Positions 16,022 through 25,039 of a DNA stretch of 34,241 bases are shown piece after piece. The notes beneath the pieces are model-generated. The model saw only the letters and a list, made by a program, of their open reading frames with translations. It ran no database searches and was not told where the DNA came from. The stretch's first letter is position 1. Every line of letters starts with the position of its first letter. The stretch is from Niveispirillum sp. (lineage in GTDB: Bacteria; Pseudomonadota; Alphaproteobacteria; Azospirillales; Azospirillaceae), in the NCBI GenBank assembly GCA_016463045.1, contig JAEMSB010000001.1:1-34241 (forward strand). The letters are read 5' to 3'. Made by a program: the position numbers and the translations under genes.

Positions 16022-18279
16022 CGCTCAACATTCGAGATTTTCTGTATCTGGATCTTGCCGGCTGTCAATCCCCGGCCGGGGTTGTGGTGTTCTGCAACGT
16101 CGATGATCTGTCATTCCTGACCGATTTGCCGAACCTGTCGACCTGTGTGGTTGGTGGCATGGGCGCTGGTGCCATGATGCCCCCCGCCACAGGCTTCGAC
16201 ATTGTCCCTTTCGACTGGATGCGAGATGAGGCCTGGGAAGAGGCGAAAGCCATTCAGCACCTGGTCTCTGGAGCGGCACATCCAGAGCTGGTCTTCCTGG
16301 CGCGCCCGGCGACCATTCCGGCGACGGCCGTAAATTATCTCACGCAGTTCGGTTACACGGTTTTCAGCGCTCTTGGCGCCAACTCGCTGGTCGATGTTCC
16401 CTGCAACCCCACTCGCGCGGCACGGCAGGCCCGCGTTCAGCAGGCATTGCTTGCCTATTGCGAGCAGATGCTGGACACGCGGGGCACCAGCCTCGGTACA
16501 GCCGGCACTTTCTATTTTGAAAGCGGATATTGTTACCGTGTTTTGTGCCAAGATATCGCCGGGCTGGGTGATGATTGCGACGATGGCGGCCGGTCGCGCT
16601 TGGTATTGTTTGAGGATAAACGGCCCCTGGGGGTCGCCCACTCAAATCACGGGATGATCCGTAGTCTGGGGCGGGGCCTCTATTCCCATTGGCGACATGA
16701 GGTTTTCTTCTCCTGTTCCGACAATACGAGCCCCAACACCAATGGACGCCGGTATGCCTTTCTGGAGATCGGGGCCCGTCCGGACAATATGGAACGGCGT
16801 CTGGCCCGTATGGTCGGGCTCAAACTTAGTACGGCCCAGGCGGACCTTGATCTCGCCCTGTTGAAGGAAGGGGATGGCAGCAAACCGCCCCCGCCCCAGC
16901 TTCGCCATGCCGGCCGTAGCTTCGCCGCTTGGCGCGAACAGCATGGTACGCAAACCTATGTGCCCGATGCAGACCAGCGCCGGGTCACATTGATGATCGG
17001 CTATCTGGGTCCGGGGGGCGCTGAACGGCAGATCTGCAATCTGGCGCGGGGAATGAAGGCAGCGGGCTATGCGCCTGAGTTGCTGACCATTGCACCCTTG
17101 TCGGATGAAGGCCGCCATTACGCGGATAATCTACTGTCCGGTGCCGATATTCCAATCGACAGTCTGGGGGATGGCAAGTCGGTTCAGTTGCCGCAGGGCC
17201 CTCTCAGCCCGACTTTGGCGGCAGCGTCCAGCATCTTGCGACGCTTGCCGGAGGAGATCAGGGTCGGGGTGCTGGAGGCAACCATGCGCCTGCAGGTCAG
17301 CCGCCCCATCGCTGTGGTCTGTTATCTCGACATGATCAATATCGTTGGCGGTTTGGCGGCACTGCTGGCAGGGGTGCCGCATATCCTGCTCAGTGGCCGC
17401 AATGTCAATCCGACCTTCTTCCCCAACCTGCACCGCCCCTGGTTCAGAGAAATCTATCAATGGCTGATTTCCAGTGACCGCGTGGTGCTGACAGCCAATG
17501 CCGAGGCTGGTGCCGAATCCTACGCGTGTTGGCTGGGCATCCCGACCAAGCAGGTGAAGGTTATCGTCAATGGTATTGCCGTCGATGATTTGCCGCCGCC
17601 GACCTTGGTACAGCGGGTAGAGACGCGGCTGCGGCTGGGGGTTGGTTCCTCCTCCCCCTTGATTGCCGGTGTCTTCCGGTTGGCCCAGGAAAAGGAACCA
17701 TTGCTGTTTGTCGATGTCATTGCCCGGCTGCGGCAGCGTTTTCCCCAGCTCAAGGCGGTGGTGGCTGGGATCGGTCCCCTGGAAGGGGCTATGACTGCCC
17801 GCATCCAGATGCATGGGATTGAGGATGCAATCCAGTTGCTGGGCCGCTGCAATGACGTGCATGTTCTGCTTGGCGCAGCCGACCTGTTGTTACACACGGC
17901 CAAGGCAGAAGGGTTGCCGAACGTCATCATGGAAGCCCAGTGGCAAGGTACTGCGGTCGTCTGCACCAATGCTGGTGGCACGCGGTCGGCGCTGGCGCCC
18001 TGCCTGCTGCCCTACATGCATGCAATCGGCGATATCGATGCCCTTACCAAATCCTGCATCGAATTGCTGGCCGACAGTTCAAAGCGTCTGACGCTGGCCA
18101 GCCGTGCCCAACGCGAAGTACATGAGCGCTTCACTGTGGGAAATCTGGTCCGTAACACCCTGTCAGCCCTGGGGCTGCCGCCGAAAGGGAATATGCTGCC
18201 GGTACAGGGGGCCTCGAAGCCAGCCCCCCTCGGGCGGGCGGCCCCGAATGCAGCATCCAAAGCTTTGTCTAATCGTTGA
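16018..18279 (+). CDS. Family 4 (GT-B) glycosyltransferase with an internal copy of the ~90-aa repeated domain
   Basis: GT4 motifs LGPGGAERQ, VIVNGI, FRLAQEKEP and EGLPNVIMEA (EX7E). Domain copy at ~16500-16762: LVLFEDKRPLGVAHSNHGMIRSLGRGLYSHW...FSCSDNTSPNTNGRRY. The TTG start overlaps the asnB stop (TTGA). Confidence 0.88.
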   Translation: MTLNIRDFLYLDLAGCQSPAGVVVFCNVDDLSFLTDLPNLSTCVVGGMGAGAMMPPATGFDIVPFDWMRDEAWEEAKAIQHLVSGAAHPELVFLARPATIPATAVNYLTQFGYTVFSALGANSLVDVPCNPTRAARQARVQQALLAYCEQMLDTRGTSLGTAGTFYFESGYCYRVLCQDIAGLGDDCDDGGRSRLVLFEDKRPLGVAHSNHGMIRSLGRGLYSHWRHEVFFSCSDNTSPNTNGRRYAFLEIGARPDNMERRLARMVGLKLSTAQADLDLALLKEGDGSKPPPPQLRHAGRSFAAWREQHGTQTYVPDADQRRVTLMIGYLGPGGAERQICNLARGMKAAGYAPELLTIAPLSDEGRHYADNLLSGADIPIDSLGDGKSVQLPQGPLSPTLAAASSILRRLPEEIRVGVLEATMRLQVSRPIAVVCYLDMINIVGGLAALLAGVPHILLSGRNVNPTFFPNLHRPWFREIYQWLISSDRVVLTANAEAGAESYACWLGIPTKQVKVIVNGIAVDDLPPPTLVQRVETRLRLGVGSSSPLIAGVFRLAQEKEPLLFVDVIARLRQRFPQLKAVVAGIGPLEGAMTARIQMHGIEDAIQLLGRCNDVHVLLGAADLLLHTAKAEGLPNVIMEAQWQGTAVVCTNAGGTRSALAPCLLPYMHAIGDIDALTKSCIELLADSSKRLTLASRAQREVHERFTVGNLVRNTLSALGLPPKGNMLPVQGASKPAPLGRAAPNAASKALSNR

Positions 18280-21200
18280 TTCGTGGGATTCGGTCTGTCA
18301 TGAGCGATGTTCAAATGGGAAATCGATCCCCGCACAGCGAACAGACCGTGTTTGTTCCATGGCATCAGATCACCTGCCCTACGGCGGAACACCAGGTATT
18401 GTATAGCTTCGGCGAACGTCGGGAAGCGGCGGCAATGCCTGTCTTCCGCGTGCTTTCGCCGGCAGGGCTGCGTTTCAGCGTACAATGCGTGACAGGCGTG
18501 ACCGGTTTCTCGCTGCAGGTGGAAACGCCGCCTGGTGTCAGCTTTGACCTGTCCTTGGATCTGAGCCGTTTCGATCTGTCCGGTCCGGACATGGTGGAAT
18601 ACCCAGTCCTGTCCAGCCAGGCGCAAACCAGCACGGATGGCGGCGTACAGGTCGTCGAGTTTAATATTCCCCCCAACGGTGTGCGCGAACCCGGCCTTTA
18701 CAGCGCTTCGCTGCGGATCCTCGGCGGGATGGCGGCCGATATACGCGTCTGGGGCAGCCTGATCGGTCAGGGCTTGCCGGTGGCACAGGTCGAGCGCCTC
18801 GCCGCACACCACCGCGAACCGCTTTTCGGCCTGGAATGGTGCGAGAGTGGGGCCCGATTCCGGCAATCGACGGAGAAGTTCTTTCCGTTACCCGAAGACC
18901 GCGCGGTTCTGCCCACCCACCGCCACTCCACAGTCAGTTTCAGCTTCGAGGCGCCAGCGGCAAGTCTGGCAAAGCTGCAGGTAGGCATCGCCCCGCGTAT
19001 AGGGCGTGGCACCTTGCCGTTACAGATGGAGCTGTTTGACGAGAATGGCGAGCTTCTGGCTCTGCGCGCCATCCGGCCCCTGCCGGTTCCAGAAACCCGC
19101 TATGCCGAGTTCGATCTGGAAGGATTCACCTTCCGGCCCGGCACCCGCTACCGGGTGCTCCTGACTTCGCCCACCACGAGTGCGACGAGTTGTAATGCCG
19201 TGGTGGTCAACCGCACGGCTCTGCCGGAACACCGGCCGCGACCGGAAATCCTGCTGGAAGCTATCGACCCTCTGCTTCCCCGGTATGTTGAGCGGTCGGC
19301 CAGCCTGTCGTCGGTAGGCGCCGACATAAGGCTGGCAGTGGCCCTGGTCGTCCCGCAGGACCATCCTTATCCGGCCCGGCTGCTGGAAATGGTTCGCCGC
19401 GCCTTGCCCGGTATTGATCTGCGTTGCCTGACCTTTACAGGCGACTGGGGCGGGCTGCTGGCCGAATTGCTGCGCAAGGATGTCGTGCTGTTGGCGGATG
19501 TGTCGCCGGCGCCCGGGGCACCCACCCGTCTTCATGATGAGGTCATGGGGCTGCTGCATGCCAGTCTGGTCACAACCATCTTTTTGGACACACAGGACCA
19601 GGTGGCATCGCTGCCATCGGATGGGTTGATCGCCGACAGCCCGCTATCCAACCGCGTCTCCGCCCTACGGCAAACTGCACGCCGCTGCCACCAGATCGCC
19701 CGCCCCCTGCCCAACGGCACGCTGTCCTGTGGGGATAGCCCATTGACAGCGACTGGCCTGCCCGGTCTGCGACAGGATCATCTGCGGCAGGTGCTGCCCC
19801 ACATTGCCGTCGTCACCGTTCTTTACCAGAAGGCGGCAACGGTTGAGCAGTTCCTGGATTGTCTGAACAGCCAATCCTATGGGGGCCGCATCAGTGTGGT
19901 GCTGGTCGATGATGCATCCACGGATGATGGTGCCAGCAGGGTGGAGAACTGGGCAGCCCGTCACCGCCGCTCACGCCTGTCCGTGACCTTGATCCGGCAG
20001 ACGGTCAACCAAGGCAATTGTGCAGCCCGCAATATCGGGATCGCGGCTGTTCATGCCGACGCTTATGTCGTGATCGACTGCGATTGCCTGCTCAATGGCG
20101 ACTTCCTGGCCGCCCATGCGCTGGAGCTCAGCCATCCCGACGTGGATGTCGTTGTCGGACCGCTGAACATCGAATCCCACGGGCGAGCTCCCGAACAACT
20201 GATCGCACAGTTACAAGGTGATGCGGCGTTGCTGAAGGCTGAAATGGCCATGCAGGACCGCACGCAACTGGACGGCTTCGTCAACTGCATCACCCGCAAC
20301 ATGTCGGTGCGGGCGACTTTGCTGCGGCAGGTCGATCGTGGCAGCGGACCTTTCGATCTTGACCTCAGCTACAGTGCCCGCCCCGGTTCGGGGTTCGGGT
20401 GGGAAGATGTGGACCTGGGATACCGGCTGCATCAGGCCGGGGCGCGGGTCAAATTCACGACCGCCGCCATCTCGGTTCACATGTCGCACCCGTCCAGCAT
20501 TGACGAGGCTGCCAAGTCGCGTGGCCTGATGCGCAACTTCAACCTGTTGATGGACAAGCATCCCGATCTGCCGCTGGTCGCACGCCGCTGGGCGGTCGCA
20601 ACGGCGAAGGAAATCATGGCCGGCGCCGTCCGGGCCCGTCAGGATGCCGCCCATGATTATCACCGCCTGCGCCAGCGTTTCGCCGCTGCCATTGCGGCGC
20701 CTGCCATCTCGCAGAATACGGCCCGCCCGCTGCGCATTCTCAGCTACCGTTGGCATTGCGGCCACCAGTATGAGCTGTACAAGCTGCCGCATGAATTCAC
20801 GCTGGTGCGCGGCCTCGGCCCTGGCATGACCGACGCCTGGAGTTACGATCAGCGGCCGCTTCGGTCCAACGTCAATTTCATCGATGCGGCCGACATCAAG
20901 GAGTCGCGCTATGATCTTGCGATCCTGCATTTCGATGAGAATAGCCTGAACCCGGCCCTGGGCGCCGGTGTCCTTCCTCTGGATTGGGGGCGGTCCTTCC
21001 GCTGGTTCCTGGACAATATCAAGTTGCCCAAGGTCGCCATCTGTCACGGAACCGTTCCCTTTGTCGGGCAGTATAATGTTGCTCGTGGCCCCATTGCCCG
21101 GTTCGAACTGATGGAGGCGGAACGGCAGGCCGTGGTCGACAAGATGCGCGCCCATGATGTGGAGGTGGTGGTCAATGCCCATGCCGCCCAGGCGGAATGG

Positions 21201-21773
21201 GGTTTCCACCGCTCACGCGTCATATGGCATGGGTTCGATCCCCAGGAGTACCGCCAGACGACACGCCGCCGCGATGTTCTGGCTCTTGGCGCCTCCATGT
21301 GGGAAAGGCCGCATTATCGTGGTGCCTTCGAACATGAGCAGGTGTTACGGCATCTGCCACCCGGCATTGTCGTGGAAACGGCGTCGAATGAAGACGGGGG
21401 GCTGTGGGCGCGGGGTACCAACGACTATGCTTGGTCCCGTTTCCGTTCCTATGCGGCCCGGATTGCTGAGTTCACGGCCTACCTGGACACCAGCCGACGC
21501 TCCCCCATGCCGCGGTCGCGGGGTGAGGCAATGTTGAGCGGCGTGGTACCGGTCGGCCTGGAAAGTGACGATCTGTCGCTGTTCATCCATCATGGCGTCA
21601 ATGGTTTCATCGGGGACCAACCTGAAGAACTGGCCGAATATCTTGCCTTCCTGTGCCGTAACGGGGCTGCTGCCGCGCGCATTGGCACGAAGGCACGGCA
21701 GACCGCATTGGACCTGTTCAATCATGACCGCTATCTGGCGGCATGGTCCTCACTTCTGGCTCAATATTCCTGA
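18276..21773 (+). CDS. Large multidomain glycosyltransferase: N-terminal beta-rich region, GT2 domain and C-terminal GT-B domain
   Basis: GT2 motifs VVTVLY, LVDDASTDD, NQGNCAARN, VIDCDC and GWEDVDLGYRL. GT-B motifs RILSYRWH, HGFDP and SPMPRSRGEAMLSG..IHHGVNGF. Start is either TTG at 18276 (overlapping the upstream stop) or ATG at 18300. Confidence 0.88.
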   Translation: MIRGIRSVMSDVQMGNRSPHSEQTVFVPWHQITCPTAEHQVLYSFGERREAAAMPVFRVLSPAGLRFSVQCVTGVTGFSLQVETPPGVSFDLSLDLSRFDLSGPDMVEYPVLSSQAQTSTDGGVQVVEFNIPPNGVREPGLYSASLRILGGMAADIRVWGSLIGQGLPVAQVERLAAHHREPLFGLEWCESGARFRQSTEKFFPLPEDRAVLPTHRHSTVSFSFEAPAASLAKLQVGIAPRIGRGTLPLQMELFDENGELLALRAIRPLPVPETRYAEFDLEGFTFRPGTRYRVLLTSPTTSATSCNAVVVNRTALPEHRPRPEILLEAIDPLLPRYVERSASLSSVGADIRLAVALVVPQDHPYPARLLEMVRRALPGIDLRCLTFTGDWGGLLAELLRKDVVLLADVSPAPGAPTRLHDEVMGLLHASLVTTIFLDTQDQVASLPSDGLIADSPLSNRVSALRQTARRCHQIARPLPNGTLSCGDSPLTATGLPGLRQDHLRQVLPHIAVVTVLYQKAATVEQFLDCLNSQSYGGRISVVLVDDASTDDGASRVENWAARHRRSRLSVTLIRQTVNQGNCAARNIGIAAVHADAYVVIDCDCLLNGDFLAAHALELSHPDVDVVVGPLNIESHGRAPEQLIAQLQGDAALLKAEMAMQDRTQLDGFVNCITRNMSVRATLLRQVDRGSGPFDLDLSYSARPGSGFGWEDVDLGYRLHQAGARVKFTTAAISVHMSHPSSIDEAAKSRGLMRNFNLLMDKHPDLPLVARRWAVATAKEIMAGAVRARQDAAHDYHRLRQRFAAAIAAPAISQNTARPLRILSYRWHCGHQYELYKLPHEFTLVRGLGPGMTDAWSYDQRPLRSNVNFIDAADIKESRYDLAILHFDENSLNPALGAGVLPLDWGRSFRWFLDNIKLPKVAICHGTVPFVGQYNVARGPIARFELMEAERQAVVDKMRAHDVEVVVNAHAAQAEWGFHRSRVIWHGFDPQEYRQTTRRRDVLALGASMWERPHYRGAFEHEQVLRHLPPGIVVETASNEDGGLWARGTNDYAWSRFRSYAARIAEFTAYLDTSRRSPMPRSRGEAMLSGVVPVGLESDDLSLFIHHGVNGFIGDQPEELAEYLAFLCRNGAAAARIGTKARQTALDLFNHDRYLAAWSSLLAQYS

Positions 21774-21814
21774 TATCGGCTTGTCGCGTCGTTACCGTGA
21801 AACAAGGAATGGCT

Positions 21815-24025
21815 ATGCGCAGTATCCACGTCTTCGCCTCCGAACCCCCGTTGGATGCCGGAACCGGTGTCACGGTTATGGGCAGCCGTGGGCGCCAGAT
21901 TCTGGAATATCTCACTGGCATCGGTCTTGATGTTACGACCAGCCTGCTGACGGGGCCCGGGCTGGAACATCAGGTGCCGGCGTTGCGTTCGCGCCGACAT
22001 GATGCGGCCGTCTGGCTGTCACCCGCACATATGGCATTGCCACCCTACATTTTCCCCAACCTCCTCCGTGTCGGCGATCTGGCTTCCATCCGGGACCGCG
22101 AGGAAGCCGACCGGGTGGCCGAAGCCTTCCGGGGGACAGGTCATGCAGCGGGCCTGACGCTTGACCTGTCGCATGGCGCCCTCATGCCCCTTGTCCTGCC
22201 GACCGGCGCCGGCGCCATCAATTTGCCGGCGGACTGTCCTGCCCCATTGCGTGTGCATCGTGTACCGCAACATCGGGACGTGCTGATCCTTGGGGATCTG
22301 TCGCGGCTGACCCAGGCGCAGGATGCCATCAATGGCCTTGTTGACCGTCTGCTCGCTATCGGGGCAACCGTGCGGCTGGCGCACATGGCCATCAGTGCCG
22401 ACCAGCCCCCCCCACCCTATCTGCCGGGTTGCGGCGGCGAGGTAACGGCCATTCTCTCCCTTGCGGACCTGACCACGATGCTGGCATCCGCCACCCTTGT
22501 CGTTGATCCGTTCCCTATGCTGGGCGAGCCGGTCTTAGCGACCGCTCTTCGTCACGCCATCTGCGCCCGCAACCATATCCCGCTGATGAACTGGCTGGGG
22601 GCTGGCGACACTGAAACCATTGTCACGGCGCTGGCCACGGATGCGGGACGTTTTGTGCCCGTGCTGCATGACCATGATTGGGCCGCTGGCCTGCAGGCGG
22701 CGTTGGCACCAGCTATGCGAGGCGTCAATGGCCGCAGAGCCGGAGCTGGTCGCTCTGTCACTGTCGTGGTGGGGGCCGCCAAGGGGCGCGATCATATCGC
22801 GCATCTGCTGCCGCTACTTTCAAGCTTGGTCGACAGTGGGGACCTGTCAGGTTACAGCCTGATCGAAGAACAGGCTGATGATGGATCGCCGGTTCTCTCC
22901 CATCATGGGCTGGGTGGCATGCCATCCGATGCCGACATGGTGCTGGTCTGCGGTGATCCGCGGTGGGCCATGGTAGAAGCCGTCCGTCTGGCTGTGCGGT
23001 CGCCCCTGGTTTATGTCGACAGCCTTGATTTCCTGAAGGCGCCGTTGGCAAGGCTGATCGCTTCCGGCGGGCTGTTCTGTACCCCTAATCCGGGGATATG
23101 TTCCGCCTTGGCTTCGCGGCTTGGCGTAGGACGCAGTTGGACCGTGCCGCCGACCGTACAATTGCCGATGCAGCCGTCCGCGCGCCATGGTGCTGCGGCG
23201 GCTCTGGTCATCAATGCGCGGGATGGTCTCGCTCTCGGGGCGGCCAAGGGCCCTGTTCTTTCCGCGATCAGCCGCGCCGTGTCGCATCTGAAGATCCCGC
23301 TCCTGTGGTTCGGGCAGCCCGATGCAGACTTCTTCGCCCATGTCGGCAACGTTCGGCAGCAGGCGGATGCCGATGGCTTGGCTCTCATGCGTCTCGCCAT
23401 GAGTGGAGAACGTGTGATCCCCCTGGGGTTGGCCGCCCTGGATGCCATGGCTGGCACCGATGCCGATATGGCACTGTTCGGTGCCTGTGGGCATCCTGGT
23501 GTCTATTCCGCGTCGCCTGCGCACGTCCTGGGAAGCTTGCCCGCAGGTCTCCTTGTCGACAATGACGAGAATGCCTGGTTCGAGGCGATCACCACGCTTG
23601 CGGCAGCCAGCGGGATTCATGGGTTCGATCCGGTGGCGATCCGCTTGGAACGCGAGATCGGGCAGCTTGCGCAACGGGCGATACTGCCTCTCCTGACGGC
23701 ACTGCCGGTTGATGCGCCGGTCTCCCTGCGGGAGCTTCTGTCCTTTCATAAGATGTTCAAGGAGACGGCCCACGAACCCCAGTTCGACGAAGAGGCTTAT
23801 CTGGAGCTTTACCCCGACGTCCGCGAGGCCGTCCTGGCCGGGGTCGTACCTGATGGCTATTGCCACTATGTCCTGTTTGGCCGTAACGAAGGCCGATCCG
23901 GCAGTTTCACCAACAAACCCGGCTCCTCCCTGCATGATGTGATCGAACACGAAATGCGAACCTGCCGCCTGCAGCTTGTGGAGACACAGCGTTTGCTGGA
24001 CCGGTTGCGCCGGGTGTCGGCCTGA
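21815..24025 (+). CDS. Hypothetical protein with a degenerate GT-B-like region and one C-terminal FDE..Y..YPDV repeat
   Basis: ATG at 21815 follows an AAGGA RBS (the track starts at 21743). ALFGACGHPGVYS...GLLVDNDENAWFEAITTL resembles GT4 C-termini. The repeat FDEEAYLELYPDVREAVLAGVVPDGYCHYVLFGRNEGR lies at ~23783-23900. Confidence 0.7.
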   Translation: MRSIHVFASEPPLDAGTGVTVMGSRGRQILEYLTGIGLDVTTSLLTGPGLEHQVPALRSRRHDAAVWLSPAHMALPPYIFPNLLRVGDLASIRDREEADRVAEAFRGTGHAAGLTLDLSHGALMPLVLPTGAGAINLPADCPAPLRVHRVPQHRDVLILGDLSRLTQAQDAINGLVDRLLAIGATVRLAHMAISADQPPPPYLPGCGGEVTAILSLADLTTMLASATLVVDPFPMLGEPVLATALRHAICARNHIPLMNWLGAGDTETIVTALATDAGRFVPVLHDHDWAAGLQAALAPAMRGVNGRRAGAGRSVTVVVGAAKGRDHIAHLLPLLSSLVDSGDLSGYSLIEEQADDGSPVLSHHGLGGMPSDADMVLVCGDPRWAMVEAVRLAVRSPLVYVDSLDFLKAPLARLIASGGLFCTPNPGICSALASRLGVGRSWTVPPTVQLPMQPSARHGAAAALVINARDGLALGAAKGPVLSAISRAVSHLKIPLLWFGQPDADFFAHVGNVRQQADADGLALMRLAMSGERVIPLGLAALDAMAGTDADMALFGACGHPGVYSASPAHVLGSLPAGLLVDNDENAWFEAITTLAAASGIHGFDPVAIRLEREIGQLAQRAILPLLTALPVDAPVSLRELLSFHKMFKETAHEPQFDEEAYLELYPDVREAVLAGVVPDGYCHYVLFGRNEGRSGSFTNKPGSSLHDVIEHEMRTCRLQLVETQRLLDRLRRVSA

Positions 24026-24046
24026 TCGAAGTTGCCGCTGGCATAA

Positions 24047-25039
24047 GTGGATATGGACATGGTCAAGTTAGTGACGGGTGTGGCGGGATTTATCGGCTTT
24101 TCCGTCGCCCAGGCCCTCCTGGACGCCGGTGAAACCGTTATCGGCATCGACATCGTTAATGACTATTATGATGTTGCGCTGAAGGAAGCGAGGCTTCGGC
24201 GGCTGGAGGCTCGTCCGAACTTCGTTTTCTACCGCCGTGACATTGCCGATATCGGGCTTGTCGATTTCATCACCCGCCAGCATCCCGATATCACGGAGAT
24301 CATCCATCTGGCAGCACAGGCGGGCGTGCGCTATTCGCTGATCAATCCCTATGCCTATGTGCAATCCAACCTGCAAGGCCAGGTGGTGATGCTGGAACTG
24401 GCCCGTGCGCTTCCGGGCCTGCGCAATTTTGTTTATGCCAGCTCATCCTCCGTCTATGGCGCCAACAAGGAAACACCGTTCTCCGTCGACCATGCGGTCA
24501 ACCGGCCTATCTCGCTTTATGCCGCAACCAAGCGCGCGGATGAGCTGATGACATATACCTACAGCCATCTGTTTAAGATTCCGGCTGTGGGTCTGCGTTT
24601 CTTCACCGTCTATGGTCCCTGGGGGCGCCCGGACATGGCGGTTTATCTTTTCACAGACGCCATCCTGGCCGGCCGTCCCATCGACGTGTTCAATGATGGG
24701 CAGATGTGGCGCGACTTCACCTTCATCGACGATATCGTCGCCGGCATCTGCGCGGCCAGCCGGCGGGTCCCACCGGCCGATACGGACGGGGTTCCGCATG
24801 TCGTCTACAATCTGGGCAATCACCGCCCTGAAAAGCTGACGGATATGATCGCCATCATCGAGCAGGCGCTGGGGCAGAAGGCACAGATCAACTACCGCCC
24901 CTTGCAGCCTGGGGATGTGACCAGTACCTGCGCTGATATCGACAGCAGCCGGCGCGACCTGGGATATGAACCCACCATCAGCCTGGCCGATGGCTTACCC
25001 CGGTTCGTGGCTTGGTTCAGAGATTTTTACGGCCGTTGA
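24047..25039 (+). CDS. NAD-dependent epimerase, UDP-glucuronate 4-epimerase type (CapI/LspL-like)
   Basis: LVTGVAGFIG, HLAAQAGVRYS, YASSSSVYG, YAATK and RFFTVYGPWGRPDMA are signature motifs of this subfamily. The start may be the ATG at 24053 or 24059. Its 3' end overlaps the convergent SEL1 gene by 13 nt. Confidence 0.92.
   Translation: MDMDMVKLVTGVAGFIGFSVAQALLDAGETVIGIDIVNDYYDVALKEARLRRLEARPNFVFYRRDIADIGLVDFITRQHPDITEIIHLAAQAGVRYSLINPYAYVQSNLQGQVVMLELARALPGLRNFVYASSSSVYGANKETPFSVDHAVNRPISLYAATKRADELMTYTYSHLFKIPAVGLRFFTVYGPWGRPDMAVYLFTDAILAGRPIDVFNDGQMWRDFTFIDDIVAGICAASRRVPPADTDGVPHVVYNLGNHRPEKLTDMIAIIEQALGQKAQINYRPLQPGDVTSTCADIDSSRRDLGYEPTISLADGLPRFVAWFRDFYGR

Noticed and set aside
20211-23950. 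Long antisense ORFs (20211-21209, 22847-23950) and many similar track ORFs
   Set aside because: Shadow frames of GC-rich genes with clear motifs on the opposite strand; they have no motifs of their own.
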